In this document: positions 12,608-27,119 of the stretch, piece after piece
Numbering within the stretch: position 1 is the first letter of the stretch
Layout: every line of letters starts with the position of its first letter
NCBI GenBank assembly: GCA_037379345.1
Contig: CM074517.1
Location: forward strand, 5,642,001-5,706,000
Length of the DNA stretch: 64,000 bases
DNA from: Perna viridis
Taxonomy: Eukaryota
Reading direction: 5' to 3'
The notes under the pieces: model-generated
The model's database searches: none
What the model was told of the DNA's origin: nothing
The model's input: the letters and a program-made list of their open reading frames with translations, nothing else
Translations under genes and position numbers: made by a program

Positions 12608-14734
12608 TGTGGGGGGGGGTTGAGAAGGGCGTATTCTCGATACATGTGTTGTAGGAGGCGAATGAATGTAGTTTTCTGATATGAAGGTAGTGAATAGATA
12701 AAGCGTTAATGTAAATCAAATTCAATAGACAAATGCGTAGATTGGAAAGACAGACTAACAGACTCACAGAAGACATATTTTAATTTCGCTACTTTGTTGG
12801 TAAAGAATAGAGAAAAATCTAAGAATTATTTAATGTTTATAGTTGCTGAACTTGGCACAAAGAACGTGTTACATGCAATGTAAGCGACTATCGTTTCGGT
12901 ACAAAGTTCCAAAACATGTTTAGGACAGCTTTCGACTCCAATTAAATAAACATAGACAAAGCTTTGGAAAGTCAGGCAATGCTCTTATCAAGATAAGTTA
13001 AACAATTGATATTTGCTTTCAAGTGGTGGTCCCTGCGTAGAATGACAAGTATACAACTGAATTGCCATTTCAGTAATGCGCCGTATGATGTCTTTTTTCA
13101 TTCCAGTCAAAGTACCTTGGGAAATTGGCAGATAAAATTGCATTAACTGTCCTCATTCCCAATCATGGTTGTTGACATTTGATAGACACAGTAGAATACC
13201 TCAGAGTACCAAGACATCGTATTACAATCTGTCCGAATTAACCGTTGAATTTCAATAAATATTACAATAATTTGTGTGTCCTTGTCCTTATGCATGAATG
13301 ACACAGTAGAATAACTCAAGTATATTACAACTGGTCTGCATTAAGCAAGTAGTTTCAACTGACGTCTCCCAGGTGTAAAATAGGTCTGGCGGATAATTAT
13401 GTAAGCATCATAAAACATGATTGAACGAGCTGGAATTTTTATGATCGGGGCAGTGGTTTTATTTTTTAATTCGTGATTTAGAGTTAAACACAAAGCGAAA
13501 AGTGGATACTTATTAATTTTGTGCATGTTGTGGTTTTTGCTAGTTAACTGTACATGCACGGAACGAAAATCAACCTTTAATCCGAACAAATTATATCTTC
13601 TATTTGTCTTGTTCTTTTTGGTCTTGGTAGGTCAGAAGCGAAAACAAGTTTTTTTTCAACATAATTGAAACTGGACAGCACAACCATAATTTTTTGCCTT
13701 ATAAATTGATATTTGTTTCATAATATTTGTTTACTCCTGTTAAGAGTACATCGTTTAAAATATTTATAGAACCACAGAGAATGCGATAAACAATTGTGTT
13801 TAGTGAAACTTGAACAAATATTTGGACTTCGATCCTGGATATCTACAAATAGTTTGATCAAAGTTATTAAATTTGAACATGATTGTTACAAATCTTTTGT
13901 AAAAGTGATGAAATATATAAATAAAAAGCTTTGCACTTATAGAATTGCATGTCTCAAATTTCTTCTTTTTAGGAAGACCTGTATTCAAAGCTAAATGGAT
14001 ATAAAAGTAACACCCGTGTGAGGCTACTGCACAAAGTCCAGGAACTTAATATAATATCCCGTCTTCAGCTACCAACCTGGTTTGAAGTAGAAGCTAACCA
14101 AATATACAACCTACAGAAACCAACAACACCCGGTAACCTAAAATTAATTTCGATGGCATTTTAAAAGTAAAAAAATTACACTGGTAACGCTGACTGAAAA
14201 GCATTTGAAATACCCAGATCTTGAAATTAGGGTTTGCATAAACGACGAATGAGTTTATTTGGTAGAAACTTCTGACGTGAAATGAACAATTAGTTAAAGA
14301 GATAAGTATTGTAACTAACAGCAATACATACACATGGCTAATTGAAAGATTGTATGTACAAAAACTCATCAAAAGCCAAAAATGATATATGTAAATATAA
14401 TATTTCTATAAAAATCGTAAATAGAACTTTTAAATGATTTTGCGTTAATTTCATTTTTTCTCCTAAAACACAAATACTTACAAAACCCAATTAAGCTATT
14501 TAAAGTTTTAAACCAATAGAACATGTAATTTGAGGAATAGTTTTTCGTTTCTTATACTAAAACCCGTACAAATATTGAAAAGAGGAATAAGTTAAGAAAT
14601 TTGCAATTGGAAAACCATTGAATCTACGAGATATTTGGCCTCCGCAGTATAAATATTTTTAATGTCAAAAAAGACATCAAAAATAACAACGTCGTTTTTA
14701 AAACTATCTAAGGTGAGTAATTCTTCTATATCTT

Positions 14735-14893
14735 GTGGAGTCCGAGTTTCTCATTTGCTTTTGTTACTTTGTATGTATGATTTTAGTTACTTTATGTTCT
14801 TTGTTGTGTATGTCTGTTTTCCATGTCTGGTCTTTGTCCCAGGATTACATTCTTTTGATTACCGCTATAACCTTGGTTCCCTTGATTACTCTT
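14735..14893 (+). mobile_element. PLE family A, 5'-truncated 3' end
   Basis: Near-identical to the 3' UTR of the RT-bearing copy at 22191-22875; ends in GGTTCCCTTGATTACTCT. Confidence 0.9.
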
Positions 14894-17800
14894 TGAAAAG
14901 GAATGGTGTATCTTAACAAAATGGTTGATTTCAAAACATATTTTGAAAATAAATTCAGTTGAATTTACAGAGTACCTTAATGTTTAGTTTTGTTTTTTTT
15001 TTTTATTTGATTTGTTATGCTTTGAATTTGTTTTTAATTCTTGAACAAAAGAATCAATACAAGTGAATTATGCTACGAACAGCAGTAAAAAAAAATAAGG
15101 AAAAGATAAAAAAAAATCGTGTTCAAAAGTATCAAAGTGGCTGAATCTTCTTTGTTCAAAAGATGCGTCCATAGCACATTATCTTTATAAGTATTTAAAC
15201 ATTGAAAATTATGGCTTTTATATTATAAAACAACTCTTCAGAAACAAGATGAATGAGTTTCAAAATTTGATTTTTGTATGCAGAAACTGCAACCCATTAT
15301 ATTTTCCTTTGATGTGCAAAATATTAAAATCAGAAATCAATACACTTACTTTTAGAAAGTAAATAATTAATCCAAGTATCCGCTAAGGATCAATGTTTCA
15401 AAGATGGTCCAGATTAAAACACGAGATGTTCCGAGAATTGTTTACCAAACACGTCTCTAATCAGCAAGTACGACTTTACTGATGATCCAAATAGTGTTAT
15501 AACAGTAGCATTAGAACTAACGAAATCGTTTCAAAACGTATGTAAAACCAAGAGCTGTAAGCACACTGCAGATTCCACCATATTTTCAACTAATCTCTTT
15601 AATAGTTATATTTTATAAATAGATGAAATTCCAAGAAGCGTTGTGACGCCACAGCGTTTGGATATGATATTAAATTTGATATAACATTAAAACAATTCTC
15701 ACAAAAATCCGACGTATATGTGCATTTCGTGTTAAGATTAATGACTGTTTTTCCATTTCAAGTAAGCAAAAGCAGAATCCTTAGATATCACATTTTAGAG
15801 GACCGCAGATTTTAAATAAATGAAAAATGATAAGGAAAAAAAGATCCATAGTCAAGTTTATCACATATGGAACAGAAAAATAATTATTTCAAACGCGTCA
15901 ATTCCATGACTGAGTGGTCGAATTCCATCACAAAATATTTTCCTCGGTTAAAAAATCCTTTTATACGATAAATACGATTATTTAATCAATCAACAGTTGC
16001 ATTCTCTACCTCTCTCATCTTACGCAACTGATTTTCCAATAATTCAGAAATTGAACTCACTAGTATTTTATAAAATATAAAATCCGGAACGACAAGAAAT
16101 CCAGACAGCTTGTTTCCGCATCTTCCAATTGAAGGTACGTTTTGTCTAAGCAAAACTTGTTTAAAATACAATTTTGAGCCAATTGATTTGCTTTCTGTAT
16201 TGACAAGAAGAGAGCTATTGATGCCTCGGATTCACGGTTAACGGCTCGCTACATTAAACATCCGGCATCGGGATCGATGCAAGAGGATTCTAACAATTAC
16301 TTTGCAATTTCAATATTATACAATTTTAGAATCGATATGGAAACGCTGTTTTAGTTTTTATGCTTATCTTACGAATTTTCTCCATTCCTATTAGGAATCC
16401 TTCTTGCCTCTTTATATCTTTGTTTTGTTCTATTTATTACCTTAAGAGTGGTTTTTATTTCCACTTGATGTTTAGTTTATGTCTTATATGCATTCGATGG
16501 TTTCAAAAGCTCTAGATATTCCAACTACTGGGCATTAAACAGTCACAGAATCATTCTCCTATTTATTTATTCAGTTATTCACGTCTATAAAAACCAATAC
16601 AGTAAAACGTGTATAAACCGAAGCTTTTCAATGTATAGATAGTGTATAGGGGTATATTTGAGTTCATTGTTCTAAATTAATTACAAACCTAACAGGGAAA
16701 CATTTTCAAAATACAAGTTGGTTTCAAGCATCTCTTATCCCGGTTTATTCGGAATACAGAATAGATTTTTCTCTATTTATTTTCAGATTTATTTAATATA
16801 TATTCATACTATGAGTAACTCAGCTTTCAATTTATTTGGCCATGTGTTTGTTGGAATAATATAGTTCTGGAAGTTATACATTTAAAAAGCAGACATACAC
16901 ACCATTGCTACATCGATACATTTCTTAAAATACGCTCCCTAAGTTCGGATAAATCTAACCCTGACTTCCTGTTTTAAATGAGAATTCTTTACAAATCAAT
17001 GTACTTAAATATCTTCCGTAATGTCTCCATATTCAACATTTCAAACATTTAGATTTACAAATAATTCGTTTTAAATGTAAATCATTTTAATTCAGTACTG
17101 ATTATCCTACATGCACACAATACATGTAATATGCTTCCAAAATGGAGAATTCATGTTACATTATGCACATGTCAGTGCGGGCCGTCTGTTAGTTAATTAA
17201 ATTATCTTAAAAATTATTCGAATTCATATGATTAGAAAATATATTTTGTAAGAACTTGTAAGAATTACATACATGCTACTACAATGAATTTTATTTTTGT
17301 ATCTAGACACATTTATCTGGATAATAGAATTTTATATACTTCATAAGGAAGAAGATTCGAAAAACAACAGTTATTGTCCAATTCTAACATCCGCCGTTCG
17401 CTATAGACATATTTGTCTCAATTACCTTTTCTGAAATAAAGTTAGCTTTTTGAGAAAGAAATTTAATTCTAACACTTGACACCCATGTGTTTGACATAAA
17501 ACTTTGAAACTTCACGATAAAAAGGACTAAACACATCCAAGTTTGAAAAATGAAGATTGACAGATATTGACAAGTAGCATCACCAGCACTGTCAACAAAG
17601 TGGTAGTAAACTATATTTCTACGATCGACAAGTCGCAGACATGGAAATCAACGTTGCATAATAATAATATATTTATCTTTAACTATATGTTTTACTTAAA
17701 GCAGTAGTCGTCGGTGGATCTTTTTTCCAAATGTCGTAAAAAGAAAGTGGTAAGCAAATTTCAGTCAAAATTTGCCAGAGTATGGAGAGCAGTAACTGCC

Positions 17801-18675
17801 TACTATTTCCGACACTTGGAATGTCCATTCCTAAATTTTTCTTTTTCTTTTTCTTTTTTTGTTTTGTTTTGTTTTGTTTTCTTTTCTTTTCTTTATGTTT
17901 AACGTTGAAAAGAAGATAAGAATACATGTACATTTAATTACTTCTATTTCAAAAGGCACCATCTGCTTGGTATAAAAATAACGGTGAAAAATAGATTTTC
18001 AGTTAAACTCTTTGTTGATACTGACAAAAACCATGATTTGTTTACACCTATATTAAAAGTTTTATGAAGGTACAACTGCCAATCAGCAGTTGCGACCGAC
18101 TTTCCAAGACTCGAAATTGCCTAATTCGTGTAAATACGTTTTACTATCTTAAATTATTCACATGAAGACGGATATTTTTTCAACACAATCTAAGACCTCT
18201 ATAGGTAGACATAATCGTTTTTTATAATCCATCTTCGTAAATTCCTACAAAACTCCGGCTTTGGAGCCATATAAAGCTGAAAAAAAAGAAGCCACGAGAG
18301 AAACACATCGGCGGATTTAATGTCGCATTCTATGAGATTACATTGAAATTCTAGCCACATTAAAGACATGCCAGTAACGATTATTTTCACATCTGTCATT
18401 GTCCCTGGAGATCATGATGACAGAGAAATTAGAACCCAACAATTTATGATATTTTTATCACCTCTTTCCAAAGTATTGTCGCTAAATCCTGTAAATACTT
18501 ATGTAGTTGATACACGCCATTTGACTATTCCTCTCCTTTAGTACCGTGAACATGTCACTTGTAATTTTGTACATTGTTTGGTTATACGAACATTAGCTTA
18601 TGAAAAAGACTGTCTATCAAATGATGGCGTAGAATAGCGATGGAATAAAATCACTTCTGGGTCAATAGTTTTTAA

Positions 18676-18912
18676 TTGATTGATTGATTTATTTATTGTG
18701 GTTTAATGCATATGATAAAAAAAAACACAATGCTTGTTCTACAGACCGACACGCTGAGTCGGATTTTATTATGTTAGTCCGAGAACTATAAATCCGACTC
18801 GACCAGTGTGCTTTTACCGCGTGCTTAACGGATAAACATTGGATATTAAATGTGACTCGACCAGAAGCGAACCAAATATCTCCCGAGCAGAGTCCCGGAG
18901 ACTAACACTGCG
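18676..18912 (-). mobile_element. Decayed tRNA-derived SINE with (AATC)n tail
   Basis: Minus strand has a tRNA-like head with B-box-like GGTTCG near 18870 and an (AATC)n tail (gattgattgatt on +, ~18678-18690). Internal 11-bp inverted repeat 18756-18800. Resembles bivalve SINEs from recall; not database-checked. Confidence 0.6.
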
Positions 18913-21658
18913 TTTTTGAGACAATGTGCATACACGTGAATGTGTCCAGCTTTCACAGCTTCAAACATGCCTGAATTTAATGAAAAAACTCAAATTACTA
19001 AAAAAAAAAAAAAAAATTCCAGGTATCATGATGATAAAATGACACTTATTCCACATACAACTGATATGTTGAAATTTTGACCTTTTGACTCGCTACATGA
19101 CAATCTACAAACTGAAAGACAACGGCTAGAATTGATATTTCAATCTTTTCAACCATTCTTTTCATTGATAGTTTACAAATCGACAATTACGGAAAGAACT
19201 GACATTTCAACCTTTTGAAATACTCTGTTCCTTGACAGTGTAAAAATCGAAGAATAACTTCTAAATGATTCTTGATCAATATTTCAAGCCCCAACAGACA
19301 CATCAAGGCCGCAGTAACACTTTATTAACAAATTTCCAATAACATACCAGCTTTTACAATCTTAACATGGGGCTGACATTTTGCAGTAATTGTTTGCCTT
19401 ATCAATAGCTAAATGAGGAACAGAAACACAATTAAAAGTACGGAGATGTTAGATAAAAATTAAACCAGCGTGAGTTTCTGAAACAACTAGACTGTAAAAG
19501 TTCCTTTCGTTCAATCCGCACTTTCTAGACCACTGCATCAAAGCAGGGAAATTAGCAAGTACTATATGTGTATTTTCTTTTGCTTTTATCGAAAGTAGTT
19601 AAAACAATGTAGGTTCTTACACGAGTGAAGATTAAAGATCGAAAGACCATGAATTTCTCTAACGAGTGAAATATATGCTTTATCTTGAACGAGTATAAGT
19701 ACCTATTTCTTACATTAAAACATATACATTTTGTTTCCTTGTCCTTTTCATTGTAAGTTTCTCTTTCCTTAGTTTTGAATATACACTTTTAGGACGTTTC
19801 CTTTGTTAAGATGAGCGCGCATGACCTCGTTTTACATGGGTCGTCTCAACTCGCGAAGGGCCATTTCCGGAAGAACTTTTCTTCTCTGTCATCCACATCA
19901 CTTATTAGAATATGTTCTTGTATAACATTGAAGGAGCTTCGGCCATTTTAAGTCAGCTGCCTTTCTTCTTGGTGAAACATTTTAACTACATAATGGTAAA
20001 GTAAAACAGGCGCCATGAGATGTACGTGTAGTAAACATTGAAGTGGATATTAAGATTTCTGAGGAAAGTGAACAATTTTTGGCATTCATCGATTGATATA
20101 TATCCCGTCGCTTTTGTATTTTGCCACACGTTACGGAATGGCAAGTGAGAAAATCTTCTTACCTTTATTGGAACGTACTTTGGAGGTATGCATATTACCA
20201 AATTTCCAACTTAAAAGTGCTGAACTGTTCTAATTGTAGGTGCCTGGCAGAAAAATGTTATGCCAGACTCCCACATAAAAATTATCTATTATGTATATGC
20301 CTCGTAAATGCTTTCTAAAATGGCAAATTTAGTGAATACTTGCCATGTCCTACTTTTTTTGTTATACTTGATTTGTTGCTTGAATTATTTTGATATAGAT
20401 AAGCCTCATTTTGATCCAATATCTTTTTCTTTTGCCTCATGGTTGATTATCTTTCCCACATTGTAACTGTTCCGGCTCCGCCATCTCGATAAACAGATCA
20501 CGCAACCAGCATGAAAGAAGCATGCCCTTAAATTGATCCTAATAAAGATCGGACAAGTCAGATAATCTGGGTTTAATAAATATTTATTGTTGTCTGTTTC
20601 TATGAGGTCACCAAGGCTCATTTCTATTTGACCGCTATTACTGACAGTTATTTATTCTAGGCCGGAACAACAGTGTAAATATAGTAACATGAATTTCATA
20701 CATAATACATTTTTGCAATTACTGTACGGAGTGAATGTTTAATTAAGAGTCATCGATTGTATTTTATTGTTTATGCCAGAACATTTGTTGCTCGGCTTAA
20801 TGAAAGTGCTATCCATAAGAAATAAATGACCAAGCTAATTTGAAAATCTGATTCCGATAATTTGAGTACTTTCCTCATCATTGTTGCTTATTATTGTTAT
20901 AAAGCCCGTATAACGGCTTATTGTTATCTAATGCAGCGTTAATTTGTGACACTTTATATGCTAACTCTTGTAATCAAAGCTTCAATATTATGCAAGCAAA
21001 ACCAATTCAGAATACCAATACTAACACATGTTATAAGCATTAATAAACGAAACCACATAAAATGATGTCACCGATTTAATATTTGATACGTCAGCCTGTC
21101 GTTATTAATATATGACGTCATACGTCAATAAGTGGGTCAAGCTTATACGGATTTTTGTTATTGTAGTTTTGACTAAACTCATACTTTCATGTAAGTAACG
21201 GATTTTGATATGATTTCCTTCTTTTTATAATCATTGTTTCCAGTCTTTGTTATTCTTCTCTAATTATTGTATTGTTTTGTACGATCGTTTGTCTGATATT
21301 ATCATTTGTCGATGGTCACGTGACCAAAGATTCAATTGACCCGTAAGTACTTTCTCCAGAAGATAGTAGACGGTCTTGTAAAGTTAAATCAGTACTGATA
21401 TTAGGAAGGTGAACGTATAAAACTGAGCTCAATTGATGAACTCATAAAGAATTCATTTTACGAAGTGTAAAATTATACACCATGTTCAAACCATGACCTT
21501 GCATTTGGTTTCATACCATGTCTATGGTCATCCCTAAGAAACCATAAATGTGTGCAGTCTGGGTTGGTTATCTGTTATCTATTAAATCTTAATCATATAA
21601 AATTACAAATAAGCCTAAGAGTAATCAATTTCTTCCTAAATCAGTTGAATGGTTTAAT

Positions 21659-21882
21659 GGTGTTTCGAGAAAAGCAGAGGACGCTTACCCTACCAATGCA
21701 AGTGATTCATGCTTCAAGTTTTTCGTTGAGTCCGAGTTGCTCATTTACTTTTGTTACTTTGTATGTATTATTTTGGTTATTTTATGTTCTTTGTGATATT
21801 TGTCTGTTTTCCATATCTGATCTTTGTCCTTGGATTACATTCTTTTGAATTCCGCTTGAATCATGGTTCCCTTGATTACTCC
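21659..21882 (+). mobile_element. PLE family A 3' end, diverged copy
   Basis: AAGCAGAGGACGCTTACCCTACC...GGTTCCCTTGATTACTC matches family A. Confidence 0.88.
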
Positions 21883-22190
21883 TATAAAGTACTGTATTGT
21901 CCACGAGAGTGCGACCTCAGTAATAAAGTTCCGACGAATTTTTCAGCCCTTTTTTGAAGTAAGGTATTATTTTGCGATTTTTCGATTTTTTTTTAAAGCT
22001 TTGACAATTCTGTCATACTCAGTATATATATGTAGACAGACTTTATTTGACACTTTGCCAAATGAAAAAAAAATACAAACTTTAAATGAGAAAGAAATAA
22101 TAATTAGCCTTGAGCAATTCACATCTACGATAACAGAGGGATACATGTAAGAAGTAATTAAGATCTAAGAGTAATCCAGCTCTGGTAAAA

Positions 22191-22875
22191 AGTAATCAAG
22201 GGAATCAAGGTTATAGCGGTAATCAAAGAGTAATCAAGGGAATCAAGGTTATACCGGTAATCAAAGAGTAATCAAGGGAACCAAGGTTATAGCGGTAATC
22301 AAAGAGTAATCAAGGGAACCAAGGTTATAGCGGTAATCAAAAGAATGTAATCCAGGGACAAAGACCAGACATGGAATACAGACATACACAACAAAAAACA
22401 TGAAGTAACTAAAACCATACATACAAAGTAACAAAAGCAAATGAGCAACCCGGACTCCACTAAAAACTGGGAGCATGAATCAGGTGCACCGGTAGGGTAA
22501 GCGTCCTCTGCTTTTCTAGAAACAACCGCCCGAGTTGCTAATAAAAAGTCAAGTCCGGGGTAGACGAAAGAAGAAAGGAAAACTATGACACGTTGAACAA
22601 ATCGGTTTTCATGGCGCAGATGGATACACTGTAGCTATCCACGAGTTCATGATGACAATCATAAAACTTATGTAGTGATGACTTCAATCTTCTAGCAACA
22701 TAACCTAGTTCCACGAGCCTATTTGTTAGAATTCTAGCGCGATACAAAAAGTCTGCGTAGTTTCGGCACGCTCTGGCATAACGTATTAGCTGTGATTTGA
22801 ACACTCCATACGCAGGTGCTGAAGGGATGTTGTCACAGATGAAAGGAAAGTTGACAATTTTGAATGAAAAGTCAT
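22191..22875 (-). mobile_element. PLE family A (Naiad-type): RT C-terminus, 3' UTR and 4x 38-bp terminal repeat
   Basis: 22873-22583 translates as DFSFKIVNFPFICDNIPSAPAYGVFKSQLIRYARAC...DLFNVS*, a PLE RT thumb. The ORF stops with no C-terminal GIY-YIG, as expected for N-terminal-endonuclease (Naiad) PLEs. Confidence 0.9.
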
Positions 22876-25800
22876 TTATTGTTTTATGTCTTCAGAATTG
22901 AAATTAGGGTGAAAGTAACGGGGACTACAGTGATTGAGATCTGCTAATTAATTAATGTAGATATTATGAATGTGAAAAGTCCTTTTTCGTGTTTAACCTT
23001 GTTTGCTTTTTATTATTATCATAGTTTGTTTATTTTTCATTATTCAACATTTTTTTTCACTTGCCAAACATTCCCTTTAAGAATCATAGTTGTAATTAGT
23101 TAGCATGGTTATTTTTTCTTCCTAATGGTCTTTAAATTTATTGACTGAACACTGTTCAAATACAATATAGTTGTTCTTCATGTCCTGCCAAAATAATTTT
23201 AAAATTATCAATCTTTCTTATTTTCTTATTATCAATTATTGTGGCAACATATAGGTATTTAATATAAAGAAAATTATTAAATAGATGAAATAAAGCAAAT
23301 TAAATATACATACCCAAATTATTTATACCATTGGTTCGATCATCGCTTCATGTAGTAACCAACAACCTGGAAAACAAGCAATGATGAAGCATAAAGTTGA
23401 AATATTTATAAAGATGTAATTGGCAGTTACTGTAGTAAAAACCCAGCCCGATGATAGGTGGTAAACCCTGGTGTTATTCTGGTGCAAGGTGCAGAAACTA
23501 TTGCTTGTCTTAATTGTCAGAAATCAAATACATGTAAGTTGCCCGATACATGATAAATCTCCAAGTTATCCTGTTCTAAGTTGTAGGAACTTCCGTTAGT
23601 TTAAACAGTCAGAGAAGTCTACGTGAACGCCATTATTTATTCACGGGTACATGTAACTGAGAGATAACTGCGAAAATAGTTAAATGATGTTCGTGCAAGT
23701 GAGTAATGGATATAATATTTATTGTTTTTTGTTGGTTTTTCTCGTTTGTTTTTACTCATTTCTAATCTTTTTTTTAATTTTCTTGTTGCCTGTTTATGAC
23801 CCATACATGACTAGACAAATAGGTAATGTTCTGTATTTCAAGTAGGCAATTTTCAAAACGTCAGAAAACTTACTGGATTTATTGATTGAATCATCACGAC
23901 TGTTACGCTTCATGATGATTTAGAGCAGTTTTGAATTTCACCCTCTTCTCTACTGTATAAATTCAATATATAAAAATTCTACTATCGTCCAGTATTTTGC
24001 AACTCGTTTACCACTAGCAGGAATTAGTGAAAATTGAAAAATAATATTACAACATTTTAACTGAGTAGAATAGTCAACGTCCAGTTCTAGATGGGTTACA
24101 AAATTTTAAGTGGTTTACAATGAATAATACAATACCATAAAAGTGTTGAACAGAAAGAAAATTTATCTTTATCGTAAACACTGCAGACAATCCAATTATG
24201 TAATAACTCATTGAAAATGGTTTATGTTGACAAGTGAAAGGCTGCAATCAATGACAGATGGACTATATTACTGGATTTATTATATTAGTAAAGGTGCAAA
24301 ACAAATGAAAGCTATGCAAATTATTGATGCTAAAACTAAAGTTATCTTAAACATTAAAATTGAACTTTGATGTGATTAACACTTTAGTTATGTTTAATAC
24401 TCTATAATCAAACAAATACTAGGAAGAAATAATCATGAGTAAGGTGAAGAAACATTAATTTTGTTCAAATTGTGCATTTTGTTTTCTCGACTAGCGATCG
24501 ATCGTCTTTAAAAATAATGCACTTCATTTTCAAATAGAGTTTGCACACAAATCAAACATAAATCAACTCCAGTAAGGTTCTTACACAAAAAATCATTTGC
24601 ATAAAACATTTAAATACAGTCATGTTATTTTACAAAGTATTTCATCTGAATGGTGCACGGCTTTCGCTTATCGTGTAGCAATAAATGCTACACGTTACAA
24701 TCACTGTAAGATACAACTCGTGTTTAAAGAGCAATAATGAAATCGCACCAAAAGTTTAGATAATAAGGAAATAGACCTAATCAAACAACTGTAGATTACT
24801 ATGGGAACTTCGTGTCAATCTTTAACCCTCTATATATTTTTCAATTCATTTTGTAAAAGGAAAAGAAATTGGATTCCGTCTCAATCTTAAAAATAATCAC
24901 CGTGTCGATTTCTCTTGAAAATGTAATATGCAACTTCCGGAAAGTTATAGCCTCGTTATGAGATATTTAATGGTGACGTTGATAAACAACAATGATAAAT
25001 CAAATTTGGATTGATTTTGCTTTTAAAACAATACCGCTGGTCTTAAAGATGTTTAGCTTTCAATATCTTCATTTTTCCATTAACGTCTTGTGAATTCTGC
25101 TTTATCAAATTTGTCTGATCTCGGTAAATTTGACGTTGTACATTAAAAGCAATTTTGCCATCATAATGGACATAGTGGTATAAATGAAGACAAACAGCTT
25201 CAGGGTTAAATTTTTAGATGTCAAGCAAGGAAATACGACGTACAGTATTGAGTATTATTGAGTACATTAGTTATATTTTGCTTATTCGGTTTTAGACATT
25301 TACTACAAAACTACAATAAATAATTTGATGTAAAGTGATTTTTATTGCGTAAGACGCATGCCAAATAGTTGAGTGGCGTCTGCATATATGCCATTTTCAT
25401 CGCTTGTAAATTTACACTTATGCCACTCAAGACTTGTCGCTTGTAAAGTGGGACTTAATATGCACTATCAATGTTTAAAATTACTACTGACTTGTATTTG
25501 AGTATTACTCGACAGTAAAAGATATTGTAATGGAAGACTTTTCCCATCCTTTTAATATTTTGTTTTGTCAAGGTTGAACAGGAATGAAAACAAAACAGGA
25601 TATATTAACGAAATTTATTGAAGAAAGTGAAGTATATGTACACACATTTGATGACCAGTAAAATATAACGTTTTCAGCACGCGTCCTATTCATTAAGCTT
25701 TGCTAGTTTCTTTATAGTTCTTGCTAGGTCCAATTATATTTCTCATTTTAATGTAGCCAGTATTTTACAAACAAATTTGGTGACAGTTGTAATATTGTAA

Positions 25801-26699
25801 TAAAAATGACATGGAAAAGTGGCGTGATTGTACATATTTTTGCCGTGTCTTTACAAATTCATGATCAGTAGTTAATGGCGAAAATAAAAACACGAGAACA
25901 TGCGTAAGTAACGTTTAGAATATGGAAACTTTCAACACAAATGCTTGAGAAAAGTTTTGAAAGCCACCTATCGCGAAAATACGTACAATTACAGTATTTA
26001 TATAAATATGGAAAATCTTTGAAAGATATTGGGAATAAGAAAATATGGAAATGGACAAGTGGCTTTATGACTTTACCATTTATTAGATGTAAGTTCTTCG
26101 GGTTTTTAAAGTTTAGACTGGTTATATGCAACATGGCTTGCAAAATATACAGTATTGACTCCTGATATACTATCTTACTACATTAAAATTGAAAAAAAAA
26201 TCCTTCTTATAAAGAGGGACCATTGTATAGGTACATCTTATGTACTCTTTTCAGACAAATTTCTAGACGTATACAATGTTACATCCGTTACTTTGCTGTC
26301 TTTGCAAAGGTTCTTAACAATCTATTGTACCAAGGAAGTGGGATAACTGATTAGCCAGACGTACGAACACAAAAGATCATCAATTTATCTGTTAGGTGAT
26401 ACGGTACGATCTCCTAAATAAAACGTGAGAAAATTCAACAACCGCTTATAAAGATATAGTAGAATAGGAAATTGAGAGAATATTTTTAGCCTTCTGCATG
26501 GCAATGAATCCGTTATTTGGTTTAAATGGAAAAATATTTATCGACGTTGTATTATAGTATAATAATGTTAAACGCACGTTGTTCTATTTTTTTCAGTCCA
26601 GTATCAGACTTCGACCGATTTAGGAACTTTAACTGCTTATTTAATTTCCAAAATTTGAAAAAAAAAAAGAAATGTAAAGAGAACAGATATTCGTTATCT

Positions 26700-26982
26700 T
26701 ATATAATTTAATTTCATACGAAACACGCTTTCTGATTGGATAAAAAAAATTGTCCATCATCTCATAGACCAAATATTGTAATGTGACTGTGACGTCGTCA
26801 ACCTTTTTTGCTGATTTACTCCATAAATTTTCATACTAAAATTAAATTATAAGGAATGACTGTGACCGTATTTAAGTATATTTGAAATAAACTCAATGCC
26901 CGTGGTGCACACTTAAATTAACCTGTTACGCATGTTATTTAGCATGCACCTCGTGATTGAGGTTATTTGCTTATAGACAAAA
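26700..26982 (+). mobile_element. Non-autonomous element with a long subterminal hairpin
   Basis: Imperfect ~35-bp inverted arms AAATAAACTCAAT...GGTGCACACTTAAATTAAC / GTTATTTAGCATGCACC...ATTGAGGTTATTT (26886-26968), preceded by TCTGATTGG and GTGACGTC. Resembles a common bivalve repeat from recall. Confidence 0.6.
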
Positions 26983-27119
26983 CTAAGACCAGGTGTTTAA
27001 AATGGTATTTTGACTTCCTTTCTTTCTTTCTTTAATTTAACTAGGAGGAACGGGTGCAGTCGTTAGGTACTTTCGTTACTGTTGTAACCATTAGATATTT
27101 TGTAATTATCAATTGATTA

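Noticed and set aside
22191-22582. Hammerhead ribozyme or SECIS element in the family A 3' UTR
   Set aside because: No CUGANGA...GAAA core with flanking stems and no AUGA/AA/GA SECIS geometry found by eye.
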